Below are positions 38,262 to 51,849 of a stretch of 64,000 nt of DNA, piece by piece. Below the pieces are notes generated by a model that was not told where the DNA came from, did no database searches, and was given only the letters and a program-made list of their open reading frames with translations. Origin of the DNA: Perna viridis (taxonomy: Eukaryota); NCBI GenBank assembly GCA_037379345.1, contig CM074516.1:6014001-6078000 (forward strand), given 5' to 3'. Each line of letters opens with the position of its first letter. The first letter of the stretch is position 1. A program made the translations under genes and the position numbers.

Positions 38262-38400
38262 AAAGGTGTACCCAATATGTGTATCATGTAAGTGTGTAGC
38301 CAATGTGTTCATCATATGAAGGATACCCAATGTGTTCATCATGTCGAGGTGTACCCAAAATGTTCATCATATAAAGGTGTACCTGATATGTTTATCATGT
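38262..38400. repeat. Degenerate 27-28-bp minisatellite, 5 copies (aaaggtgtacccaatgtgttcatcatgt)
   Basis: Five consecutive imperfect units. Confidence 0.85.
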
Positions 38401-41011
38401 TGTATCATTCTCTACCATGGTGATAATAAGTGCACTTTATGAGCAAACAGTTATTACTTCATTGATTGTCTCCTATATCACTGTCAGAATTCATTCTTTC
38501 CTCCTACATTCCTATGTCCTAATTATGATGCTGTCATAATTATGTCTCATTTACCAAACTACTGGTATTTTTTTTATTTAGATATCTGTTGTATAGAATG
38601 GTTTCCAATTTATAGCCTCATGTTTTCACAAAACAGTAATATTTGATTTTACAATAGTAGGGAAATCCCAAAGTTCTGAAGCACTAAGGAAAAATAACTG
38701 GCATTAATTGTCATCTCCTTAGGTATGGGTGTACTTGATTGTTTAGGTTAAGGTGCATTTGAATATGGGATGTTTTCTCCATAGGTGAAAGGTATTTGCT
38801 GTGAGTAAAAGTGGCCATTCTAATGTCACTTAGTATTGTAAACTATTTTGATGAATTTCAACGTGACAGTGCAAATAGTACAATTCAGTATGCATGCCTT
38901 ATTTCTATACATAAGGTTTTGATTCCAGTAAAAAGAAAAGCATTTATATCTGATCTAATACATATTTCTTTTGGTTTTCCATGGTAATATGTCTACTGAT
39001 AGCATATAGATGGTATGTTCTTCTGTCCCCTGGGTTAGAAAGCTCAAAGATATATTCAATTGTATTTCAAATTTACTTTGAATTAGATTACATCTATACT
39101 ATGCATTTGTGATTGAAAGATTTTTGTCCAATTTGAAACCTTTCCTTAAATATCATGCTATCAGAGACAGTTTTAATTGTCATGCAAATTTACCAATATC
39201 AGGAACTATATTCGACTGGAATCAGATTTGTCTGGGAATAATGTCATTTTTTATTTGGCTGATTTATCACATGTCTCCGGTCTGTCCTTAATCCCAGAAT
39301 GAGAAATCTATTGTCTTGAAATTAATCTTTGGCTCAGAGGTTATGTAATGCCTACTTGGATGCAACATCTTTATTTATCATTGAAAAATTAATCCATTTG
39401 TGTCATAAAAATAAAGTAATTTAGAGAAATGTAGAGCACTTTTCTCTTTAGATTGTAATTACTGACAATTTCAGGGGAGATAACAAATACACTTACCTAA
39501 ATGGATTAGGGTTTGCATGCAGAACAATTTCATTTGAAGCAATTTCAGGTTTGGGTTACAACAATTGTTTGAGAAATGGGAATTTAAACTTAAGGCCTAC
39601 AGATAAAAATACATGTGGAGGCAAACTTAGTTATGAAAATTTGAAACCACCATGGATAAAATTGGCATTTATCAACAAACAATTTTTAAAGCATGCCCCC
39701 TCCTCCCCACCAACCCCCCCAAAAATTTTTTTTTTCTTTCTTGAGTACTTACCATGTACTATCTATAAATCTCAAATACTGGTATTTTTTTTCCCCTTTT
39801 ACATGATAGTCTTTACTTTGAACTCCATAGGGACTGAAGATTGTGAATAATTAAGACTTTGTTAAATACAAAAATACCAATCAAATATATTGCACACTTC
39901 AATATGCTGTGCACGTTTTTCAAGGAGTAACCTCTCATCAGCCACATTAGAATCAAATATACTGGAAGATCTAAATGTAAAAGTTAAATGTATACAAGAA
40001 GAACTCAAAACCAAAATTGCTGAAATATGAAGCCAAAGCCATCACCAAGAGGTTCTACCATGTGTAATACAAAGAATGAAGCCTCAATACAGGTTTGAAA
40101 TGCAAAAAAAAAATTACTATGGCCATAAAGATAGTTGGAATTTGGGGTTTTGAGTTTGGTTTCAATGGAAACGGTTTCTCCCGATATCATCTGACCATGT
40201 CAAACTTCATGGTTATATTGAAGATAACCAGAATATATCCAGATAACTACTGGTCCTCTCTTTAAGAGTTTGTAGGTGTTGATAAACCTTTCTTCTACAT
40301 GACTTTTCAGTCTGCGCTTACAGATCATTTGTCTTAATATATGCTATTGAAATTTTTATGAGACAACATGCCAGTAAAGGAGCATTACTTTCTCTCCCAA
40401 AAGTATGATCATTGGGCAGGCTTATCTTTATTGGCTACAAAACTGTCGGACTCTGACTTTTGGAAGGCATCTTTTTCCACAGTAATTCTCCAAAGTGCAC
40501 ATTTAAAGGCATAATCAATATAAGTATTGCATCTTTAGTTCTGTTATTGCCAATTATGGTACTGTTGGTATGGAGCAGGTATACTTTGGGGTTTTTATAT
40601 TGTTACTTAAGACCCACTGTTATTGTAATACTATGGTTTCATAAGTGGTATAGATAAAACCACTCTGGCAGGTTTAACACGCCATAAAGTTTTTTTTAAC
40701 AAGTCGTAATGTGGAATAGGATTGTCTGAAATGGTTCCATGGTGACAAAAGGTAGCTTGTTATGTATGATGTGTACTATATTTAGAATTCTTACAGAAAA
40801 AGCAAAGACTGACAAAAAAGCTGTTTGGATAACAGCTTTATTATGAGATGTATATTTCACAAAAATCTCTGAAACAGTACAAAAGTGTCTGTACTTACTT
40901 GTAGGAGTGAGTTAGCACTTGTTAAAGACCTTTTGGTGATCTCTGATTTATTTACCATTTCATGCAGTTGTGCATTTGTTGCATTTCACCATATTTGTTC
41001 TTTTTTCCCTG

Positions 41012-41043
<32 letters not shown>

Positions 41044-41076
41044 CTTGGTTAACGATACATGCTTGGTTAACGATAC
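41012..41076. repeat. A30 homopolymer followed by a perfect 18-bp tandem duplication
   Basis: A-run 41012-41041; atgcttggttaacgatac at 41041-41058 and 41059-41076. Confidence 0.9.
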
Positions 41077-41603
41077 AATCTGTTGGTTTTCTTTTTTTTC
41101 TTGGCCTTAATGACATCATCTTATTTACACTGGTCATCAAATCACGTCCATTTCACTGTCAATCTAAATTGGACACTTATCTAGAAGTAGTAATTTCAGT
41201 AAATCAGACAGATCCATTTGATGAAATCGGCAAAACCACATAAGTGTGATTGATTTTAATTATGGCGGGTCTCAAAGGATTTTCGTTACTGTGTCTTTCA
41301 TGACAGTTGTATGTCATAAGGATAAAATATGGCCAGTCTGTGTGAAACAGAGAAAATGATTCAGATAATATCGTTACTGCTGACTTGTCAGTTTTACTTA
41401 CTATCACCTGATTGATGATAACTCCTATTGACCAAATATGGAATTACAACTTCATGATGATTTTGGATACTTAAACAATGGGTTTCCCATGATGTTTTTT
41501 TATTTTGATGCAGAAGATAGATTTTGACTCTTAAACATAAACATTTAAGCCTGTAGTTCTAATATCTGTATAACTGTTCATTTGCTTGGCATTTTAAGCC
41601 TTG

Positions 41604-41822
41604 TTATACTCCTACTCTGGGGGTGGAAGGTTTATTGGATAACCTTGACTGTCTGTCAGTCTGTTAAAATTTTCTTCACCGACATTTTGACTCTACTGGA
41701 CAGATTAATTTTTTTTTTAAATTGGGCATAGATTGTAAGTAATTTTGGTTATTGACTGTAAGAATGGAGATTTACCTAGCATGTTCAACTTCATATTTGT
41801 GCTAGTCGTAGGAGGTGTTAAT
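41604..41822 (+). mobile_element. Helentron-associated (HINE-like) element remnant
   Basis: ttatactcc...gggggtgg...ctgtctgtcagtctgt microsatellite seed...aggaggtgttaa end. Confidence 0.4.
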
Positions 41823-43095
41823 CTTTCCATTGTTACATTGATACGTGATTTAAAAAAAGGCTTTTGTTGGTGTCTCACAATAAGAGTCTAGAACCAACAG
41901 CAAAATAACTGAAAAATCTTGGCACTAAAAACAATTGTTTGGTTCTTTGCCCAGAGCTGCAGCTTCTGTTTTCCTTCCATAGTTAACCATCCATCTTTAT
42001 TGCCTTTATAAACAGATAGTTACATAAAAAGCATAGTAAAATGAAGTGACTTGTTTTCATCAATAATTTCAGTATAATTGGGCAATTATATTTTATCCAG
42101 AAACAATGATAAATGATTGAACTTTCTTTTGTACAAGTAGTGAGGCCCTGTAGGGAAATCAATTTTCTTTGAGGTCAAATAACTGTTACATGTATTAATT
42201 AAATTTTGAATATTTTTGTTACTGTTAGTTAAGAAATTATTACAAATATTGTGAAAGGCTTGCGATCACAATGAACATGTTGAATGGAAGTTTTAACAGT
42301 GATGAGTTGTTCTGTTGCTATGGACTTCAGTACTTTGGTTGATGGAGCCTTTCAGAGCTTGCTTAAACGTGTGTTTACACTTGTTGAAGACCTTTTGATG
42401 ATCTCCATAAGTATTTTCTATTTAGGTTATACACTGGTGCATATGTTAAGTTTTTCCCATATCTCTCATTTACAATGATTTGCAATACTAATTGCATACA
42501 GTAAGTTCTGAATTTACAGTAGCAAAAATGTGGCGGGTTTAAAGTACTTTTGCATGATGACTTTTAAGTCTTGCTGCTGTGGAAAAAATATACATGTCTA
42601 AACAAGTCATGTTTGTAAGATCTGGTTATATTATATGTATTTTGATACAGTCAAGGTCAAGGTTTTCTTCTTGTCTTTTTTTGTATATATATATATGCTT
42701 TTGAGTACACCATAGTTACCAAGTCAGTTTAAGCCTCTTTAGAGCCTCTCAATTATTACTTAAACCCTCAAAATCAGAATGGATTACAGCAAACAGAAGC
42801 ATAATTAGATAGTTAAGCATTTAAGCCAGCTTGGTATGTGGCCTTTAGGCATTGGAATTGATTGTTTAGACATTGAAACAAGGATTGGAATGTTTGAAAA
42901 TGCAGGTGCCATTGTGAGGTCTAAAAGGATACTTAGAAAAGCACCTGCTCCCAATTCTTCGCAGAAAATTTTGTAAATGGATACTGCTCGGATTTAGCTA
43001 AAGGCATTTTTCTTTGCTGATTATGGAGGGTGTCTTAGCTTTGTTAGTAGCTTGTGTATGCCTTAGCTTATTAGATTTCTTGCTAGATAGCTTAA

Positions 43096-43457
43096 GTGTC
43101 AGTCTCTGTAAGAATCAGGCAGGTGGTGGAACATGGTAAGAAAATCCCACCATTTTGTTTGACTATTTACACCTTCAGAATCAAAGGAAAAGGACAAGAT
43201 TTTCCATATCTTTTTGGTAAAATGAGTTTTAATTTCATTGAAATGCACTGAAAGAACATTTCAAGGGCAGATGACTCTGTCAAAAATCTCATTTTTCCAA
43301 CATTCTATTGAAAAAAATTCACAGATGCAGAGATCAAATAATGGCCTTTTCAAATAGTGAAAGTATCCTTGAGTGAAATTATATTGTCAGTTTGGTGGGT
43401 TTTTACATGCATTTTTCTAATTTTTCTCATTTGCCTGATTCTTACAAAGACGTACAC
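43096..43457 (-). mobile_element. Same MITE family, inverted copy
   Basis: TIR core at 43107-43121 / 43432-43446; both ends and internal sequence (catgtaaaaacccaccaaactgacaatataatttca on the - strand) match copy 1; TTAA left, TATA right. Confidence 0.85.
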
Positions 43458-46400
43458 TATAAAACACCTCTGTGTGTATATGCATCAAATAAAATAATGA
43501 TTTCTGCCATGTTAATTTTGAATTTCAGACATGATTAATATAAAATTTGATATGCATATTGAATCTGTATTTCAAAGCAATCTTCATCATAACTCTTTAT
43601 CACACATTTCCATATAGTTTTCTTTATTTCATATTTCTAATTTTCTTTTTACAGTTCACTGTAATGAATTTGTTAATGAATTCTATTTGGAAAAAAATCC
43701 CAAACGTCACTTAATCAATAGGTTTTGGTGATATAAATGAATAACTAGTTCCCTTTTAAGAATTTTAGAAAATATCAAAGATTACTGGTAACTTTGAAAT
43801 CAAACAAATTTGTTGTCAGTTCTGAAAAATCATTTGATTAATCAGGAGGGGATAACTCTTTCTATTTGATCAAAGTAATAATTTCAATTTAGAGTTCAGT
43901 AAAGTGGGCTTTTTGTAGAGAAAACGATTTATTCCAACCTTTGAAAGCTAGGAATAAGCAATTATCAAGTGGAAGCTTTTAATTTTCCAACCCACTCATA
44001 TTGTGATATTAAAAGTCATGATAGTAGAAATCTATACTATAATCATCCTGCAAAGTTTAGTGTAAATTTGTTTTGTAATTTCTGTTGTCGTTAAGTATAG
44101 ATTTATAGCTTAACAGGGAAATAGTACTGATAAAAAAAATGAAATATTGTATAAATGATTCATATGGAATATATAATCGGCAGAACTCTGGCTTCATGTT
44201 CATTTAGAAAAACAACAGAAATTGACTGGCCAAGGTCATGTAATCTGGTCATCAATATTATTGTATTTCTGTGAGGAAATTTGATATAAATAAAAGTTGA
44301 TATAAGATTTTCAAGACCTTGGTTGTGGTTATTAGCTTTTTTGGCATTTGTTCATTTTTTTGTTTTTGTTTTTTTGTTTTGTCCTGATGAAATTGATTAC
44401 TGTTAATTGACCTTTAGCAGAAATATAGTATGATGCTGAGAGATGACATACTTGCTTTGTTTAAAAAGTCTTTGAAAAGAATGATTGCATTTATTGGCCA
44501 ATAATTCTTAGAAAAAAAGGCAGACTAAGTTGATTTATCTTGTGGTACCATGTACATGTAAATATATTGAAAGATGGTTGATCAAAAAAGAACTCCTATG
44601 ACACTGTGAAAGGGTTTATTCATTTCAAAAGTGAGTCAAAATTCATTCATGCATAAAGTGTTATAGAATGTATGGAACTGAACTAAATGATATTCTGAAT
44701 ACTCAAAAAATATGCATCACTATTAAAAACTCAAGCACTGGTACTTTTGAGGGGTCATCCTTTCAACCTTGAAGTATATGTTTCTGGACATAACAAGACT
44801 TGATACAGAATCAGTACAAATATGACTAATACATAGTGCTAAATTTATATATTTAGAAAAGATGAAGATCTCTATTTTGAAACATTACCATGGAAACTTA
44901 TTCCCCATTCAAGCTTAGATGTATAATTATCCACTATTCAGTGGGAGGCCACTTTGATAAACAGTATATGAGATAAAAATGATATTCAAATACCATTAAA
45001 CAATTTCTGATAAGTAATGATTAAGTTTTTGGGCACACCAAGAACTTCCTCTTGTAAAAAAGAAAGATTGCGGTGCAATCACCTGTTTAAGATGTGAAAA
45101 GAGATTGCAATGCAATCATTAGGTGTAATGTAGAAGTCAGAGTCAAAATAATTGCCTCCCCTGATGGTTTTGACTTTCTCTTGACATCATTTACTCTATT
45201 TTTGCCAAATTTTTCTAGTAAAGAAAATTTGGATTACTCTAAGTATGTTGGTATGCTAACAGTAAAATTCTACTGTTGAAATTTTACAAATTTGAACTCA
45301 TCTTTTAGTACTGGAAGAAAACTGTTTCCAACCGCTACCAAAAAAGCACTAGATAATTTAATATTCTGAGCTCAGACACCATATGACCATTATTATGCAA
45401 ATCACCAATTTTACTGACTCTTTATGTTGGTAATTAGGATGGACCAGGGTTCCTTAGACACAAATGGTTAGTTCGGTAATGCATATTTCTTCTAGTCCAT
45501 TTGGTTATTAGAAAAAGTTATGCAAGATCATGCATGTTCTGAAGTTTGTATTAAACAGAATCGTAATAAGGCTTAGAGTGCTTGTTGTCAATTTATAGAA
45601 ATTAAGAAATTCTAGCTGATGAGTAGAGCTTTTCAGGTTGTACAAGAAATGTCTTAATGATATGAACTCAATTAGTTGCATTGCTGATGAAGACATTTTT
45701 TCATTGATTTATGTTTTCTTATGAATAATTCAGCCATCTTTTATTATTCTGTCAAATAAACAGGAATTGCCCTGCAGAGAAATAAGCATATTGAGCCAAG
45801 GGTAGCAAATCCTTCGTATTACATGATCTTGTGTCAAGGCAACTGTACTAATCTGGGAAAGTAGGGCATATTGTAAAATTAGGTGAAGTCTTTTTAATGG
45901 ATTGTTGGGATGGACCATGTCTATGTTCATTGTTATTATGTGCATTTCTTGTTGGAATATGTTTGCAAGTGCTATTTTCAAATTTTGTGTAAATTAGCAT
46001 GTGTTATTTGTATAAAAATTGAAGTATATTAAAGCAGACAGAAGATGTGTAATTCTGTAAAGCAAAAAGTGAAATGAAATGAAAAAAAGCACAGTAAACC
46101 ATATGCAATATAAAATTTACAACCTGAATATTGCAGAAAAATTGAATATGATTTGCATGCCATACCCATAAAACCAAAAGATTCTACAAAATTCCAACTA
46201 TCAGAGCATGTCGATAAAAAGATAAGTTTGATTTATGATTTGTTTTGCCTGCCACATGCAACTGAATTTTTGTTTTATTATTAATCAAACGCTCCCTAGA
46301 TGCTGTTGATAATAACAGTTTGAAAGAAATCAATCAGTTTAACACTTTTTTGTCTTTATTTATGATTTAGAACCAAGAGGGGACTACCAGACCTAGATTT

Positions 46401-49400
46401 ATTGTGCTTTACATTTGTAATAAGAAACTTTTGTGGTTTATTTGTCACAGCTATTGACCTTTTTTATGAAGATAGTTATTTATGTCAGAGTCAATTTTCT
46501 ACCTGGTTGAATAAATATGACTAAGAATTTTGGAATTTTGCATTACATGAACATTGTTTACATCATTAATGCATTCTGATGTTTTGTTTGCTTTTCTTAT
46601 TTTGTTTGTCGTAAAAATTTTCCTAGTCAAATACTGTATCTGATTCAAACACACCCTTGTGAAATAATAAAAAAAAAAACAGATCAATGACTGCATAGTT
46701 TTGCAAAGAATGTCATAAAAAGAATTGAGCTTCCATAATTGTAGATCTAGTGGTAATATGTATTAATAGTTTAGAGTATAATAGAGTATGATTTTCTGAG
46801 GGAAGAGAGTCCAATTTACAAAATATTTTAAAAAAAACATAAGTACGAAGCATACTATTAACGAAGCATACTATTAACCCCAATTATATTTCAGAATAAA
46901 CACACCCTTTTATCAATTGCTTTTTGAAAAGTGACAGTGCATTATTTAAACCAATTGTTTCACTTTTAAGTGTCATTAACTGCGATATTCATGATATGCT
47001 TTTTTTTTTCAGAATCAAACACTTAAGCAGTTTTCTTTTGAACTTATGATCATGAATAATTTGACAATTTGTGACATGCAATTAGTATATGCTATAGAAG
47101 TCATGATATCCTTCATGTAGGAATCAAGCCAACCATTTTTACAGTTTATGTTAATGTTATTTGCTGTGAACCCATGTTTTAATGTAGTATTTTCTTTTTA
47201 CCATTGCCTCATGAAGAAGAGAGTGAGTAGTTATTTTTGTTGTATTTTGCATGTTGTAACCATGGAAACAGGCTTTAACCTGGTCTGCATTGCTGATATT
47301 GAAAATGATTATGTATGAAAAATTCAATGTAGCATGTTTTGGTCACTTTAAATTGTTTACTTGCTCATTTCAGTTTTAGACAAAAACAGTATTTTGTCAT
47401 CTGACTTTATTTCATAATTTCATTATAAATGTCTTAATATCTGATTAAAATTTGAAAATAATTGTTGGAAGTTTTCCTGTAAGATTGGATGCAGACCTGT
47501 ACATTTATTTTTATGGCATAAGTTCTGAAAGTTCTCCCTAAATAGATCCTTTGTGTACAATCATTCCATAGTGTGCTATTCCATTCCTTTAGGTACAATA
47601 TTTCCCTGCATATGGCCTCCCATTGTCACTACTGTAGACAAATGAATAAAGGACACATTTTTTCTGCTATTTGGCTACATTTATTATTAGAGCACATTCA
47701 TAAACCATTAAAGCACACTATTTAAGCAATATCAAAGCATGTGCTACAGGTAGTTGAGATTTATATGTATCAGTATATCATAGAAAATGAAATCATATTC
47801 CGAAAGGTTAGTTGCAGTAGTTAGAACAAATTGTGTATAATTCATTTGAAAATAATTTTTCTAATACAAATGTATTTGTTTTATTTTAGGAATGTTCCTT
47901 ATGTAAATTTAAATTGAAAATGTAATAGACCTGCAACTTATTTTTGGGCATGTTGTCAATGGGCTACAGTGTACTTGTTCATTCATGGTGTTGGGCATAT
48001 ATTATAATTTATTTATATACATTTTAGTGAAAGTTATACATTTTGTAGTAAACATATTCTGAATATATTAACTTCCATATTTGTAAATGTTGAACAGAGA
48101 AAACATTGCATGATGGATAACAGGGAACTTTGTAACAGTTAATCATGAGCTGCTTGGGATAGTACATGTTGGCAGATCATAGTTGCCATTTGCTCCTTGC
48201 TCAAATTTTCGTATCAGTGCACTTTGATGTTTGAAAATGCACCAATACAATGTACTTGTATATTGCACAATTTGCCTCCATAGAAAATCTCATGTACATT
48301 TACTAGCTTTTGTAGTATGGATGTATTGTCACTTAAGCTGAAAGTTTTGTTTTTCAAATATGACCAGTAATTGGATTTTTAAGATGGTTTTGAATTAAAT
48401 AAAAATAGTTTATATTTATATTCATTGAAACTGAGAAGTCTTGTAACTTTTTATTACTTCTTGCAATTTTTGGGCAATGGTAAATTTTCCTATTTCTACA
48501 CTTCCACAGAGAAGCCCGTACATTTAAAGAAATTCATTATGCATCAATATTGGGTGGAATTGCTGGTTGAATTAATTTAACAATAGGAATTATTGCAATG
48601 TCAAAATGCATAAAAATAATTTTTGTTCTTGTTTTTTGTTTTTTTTTTTCAAATTGTCCACCAATTTCAAACTCCACATGGAGTGTAGTGTAGTTTGAAA
48701 TATTTTCCACAGCAGATAAACACCTAATCAGCTGCAGAAAATCAAACCTAACCTTATCATGATATAACTGATTTAAAATAAAAATTTTGGCTGTTTTTAT
48801 CTGGTGATGACTGTGTAGCCAATATTATACAACAGATGCTCTGGACCTGAGATGTTCCCCAAAGCTTAGATCTCATGATTATTGTCAATTCTTCTGCAAG
48901 ATTTGTGCAATGGTATATCTCAGAAGCCGTCATTCCTTCAAATTTTGTAGAGCTATGATCTTTTTCTGGAGTCATAATTTAATAATTTTAGCAGTAATGA
49001 AAAACAAAATAGTTGCTGGTTAAAATAACATCTGAAAGATTGTTAGATTTACTAAGATGTTTATTCATGAACAAAGAAGAGATTTGGTATTAGTGTAAAC
49101 TGGGAAATTTTTGGCTGTCTTTTTCTTTCTTGATTTCTGCAATGCATAGTATCATGCCTCAAATCAAACTACAGTGTGCATCAAAGAAAACATTTAGGAA
49201 GTTTAATTATTATGTGAATGGTCTTACTGCAGAATTAACAAAAAATAAAAATGTGAAAGTTTTAAGTAATTATGTTGTAAAATTTGCAGAATGTTTTTCC
49301 CCATTTATTGACAATTATAGAAAGTACATGTAAGGCAAAATCTAGGAACTTCAAACTAGCACCATATCTTGACCATCATAATTAGTGTTCATTAGAAAGC

Positions 49401-51339
49401 AGGAGATGCTGACAGTAGATAGTACTGGATTTATCCTATTCATAAGTATGTATGTCCTCTCTATTGAAGGATTACTGGCACTGCCCCCTTTTTACAACAA
49501 CCTTCCTCGTACTGATTGGTTACTGTAAACCCTTTCCCCCTTTTTATGACACCCTTTCTTGTTAAGATGGCAGTACACTCCCACATGCTGCTCAGATCGT
49601 TATAATAAATGGGGAAATCAGTAAAATGATATTAATTTAAAGGGATTTTCATCAAATGTTTCATTCTGACAAATCTGCATTTTGAAAGCATTCATCAAAA
49701 TTTCATATTTTCAGAAGTAAATATAGCATACTGGGGAAAATGCATTAGCTGTATTCAAATTTCCTAAAAAAGCCATTTAACTTCATATTTAGAAATATGT
49801 CAATCTTTTTTTTTGGATGCATTTGTAAACTATTGGATTATGTAAGGAAACTTTGTTGAGATTGCATTTTATTTATTTACAAAATAGTGCAGAAATGATT
49901 GATGGTTGCCAGAAAAATAAAAAGGATCTCATTTATTTGATGGTTCCTGTTTTATAAAGAGTGGCATTTCTATAAGCTCCCAACTGAGTCTAAAATCCAT
50001 GGAACCAGAAAGTGGAAAATTTGCATGAATTCCTGTAGTGCAAAAAGTGAGGAGTTCAATGAAAAGTTTAGGGCCCAAGGGTTTCAAAGGATTTCTAAAC
50101 AAGTTATGGCCTTAAATTTTCATTGTTGTTTTTAGATTGATAGGGATTTCATGTAAATATTTTCATGGTCCAAATATAGGTACTATTTCCTTGATTAAAG
50201 ATAATTTCAGATCAGTGAACAACTTGATGCCTATCAATTTAATTAGTTTTTTGTTGTGGTCAGTTTCTATGAAATTTCTATGAAAGAATTTGATTGGTGA
50301 TCTCTCAGTGCTGGTAAGTTAAAACTGGTGACATATACACCAGAGCTTAAAAGGTTGCTTTAGGTACCCTAAAAATTTAAGTCTAAGTCATAGGTCAATA
50401 CATGTAAATGTATAAGTTATGTCTTTAGCAGACCATATATATAAATGATTTAATGGACTAATGAAAAACGAAGTCCAGTCAGCAATCTTTTTACGAAGCA
50501 ATGAAGTGACGCAAGGAAATCTCATAATTTCTTTTTGTCACCATAAAACAAATCACTGATTGTCATTAATATGATAAAATTGATTTCAGGGTCATAAAAC
50601 AATTCTTGCAGTTAATTTTTATTTGTAGAATTAATTTGCAGAGAACCAGCTATGTAGTAAATTTCGTTTTATCCTTTAAATTATTCTCTAACATTATTTT
50701 CTAAGTATAAACCAGTCCCTTTGTGGTTTTATGCTTCATGAGGCCTCTCTACTACCGATATGTAAGTTTAAATTCCATTTGTTTTATCTCCACAACATAC
50801 CAAGTCATGTAGTATATAGTGTTCTACTTTTACATCAAATCAGTCTATTTCAAAGTGTTTTTATTTCATTGCAAACATTGATTTACATGCTTGCTCATTT
50901 TCCATTATATGGTTGAAAATATTGAGCACTTTGTAACCTATATAATAGAAGCAAAAACAGTTTTCTCAATTGTTTAATGTGTAAACATTGTTGTTTTTAT
51001 GGATAAACATTTGTTTTTATGCAATTTCCCTTGTAATAAATTTTTCCAATTGATCAAATAAGAATCTTTGAAGAAGAAAGCTATGTTAAACACTTAATGC
51101 CCTTGACTTGTGTTTGTCGCTGAGGCACTTTTTTTTTAAAAATAGGTTTTCCATTGTATTTGAAATGACATTTTATTTCACATTGCTAAACTACTGTGAT
51201 AACTTTTATTGTAATCCAAGTGGTTTTACAAAAAAAAAAAGAAAAAAGAAAAGGCTTTTTTTTTCATTCTACGCATTGAAATATTTCCTGTAGAAGAGAA
51301 TGGTATACTAAATTAGAACTGGAAAACAATCTTTATATT

Positions 51340-51849
51340 CTGTGAAACCTGTCTATACCAAACCCATAGTGAACCTTAAATGTTGTTTGGTTCAGACAGG
51401 TGTTTGGTTTAGACATATATTTAGTTTAGACAGGTGTTTAGTTTAGACAGATGTTTGGTTTAGACCAGTGTTTAGTTTAGACTGGTGTTTGGTTTAGACA
51501 GATATTTAGTTTAGACAGGTGTTTGGTTTACCAAGGTTCAAAGGACATTCAAACTGAGAAAGTGTCTGGTTTATACAGGTTTTAGGATTATGTAGGGTTC
51601 AATTTAGGTAGGTTTTGAATTATGCAGGATTCAGTTTAGACTGGATTTGGGATTATACAGAGTTTATTTTAGACAGGTTTTTTGTTTATCCAGGATTTAG
51701 TTTAAACAGATTTTAGGATTATGTAGGGTTTAGTTTAGACAGGTTTTAGGATTATGCAGGATTCAATTTTAAGACAGAATTTGAATTATGCAAGATTCAG
51801 TTTAGGATTATTCATTTTAGACAGGTTTTTATTATGCTGGGTTCCACAG
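51340..51849 (+). mobile_element. Tc1/mariner-pogo-like MITE carrying internal tandem arrays
   Basis: CTGTGAAACCTG ... CTGGGTTCCACAG-TA ends; nine 17-bp units GTTTGGTTTAGACAGGT (51385-51537), then a ~34-35-bp composite array (about 51565-51840). Confidence 0.8.

Noticed and set aside
28447-42506. Donor-like GTAAGT sites at about 28454 and 42501 with nearby ATGs
   Set aside because: Phases 1 and 2 are incompatible with the phase-0 intron.
45066-45117. Twin GATTGCnnnGCAATC palindromes
   Set aside because: Explained by a short local duplication; too little evidence of function.
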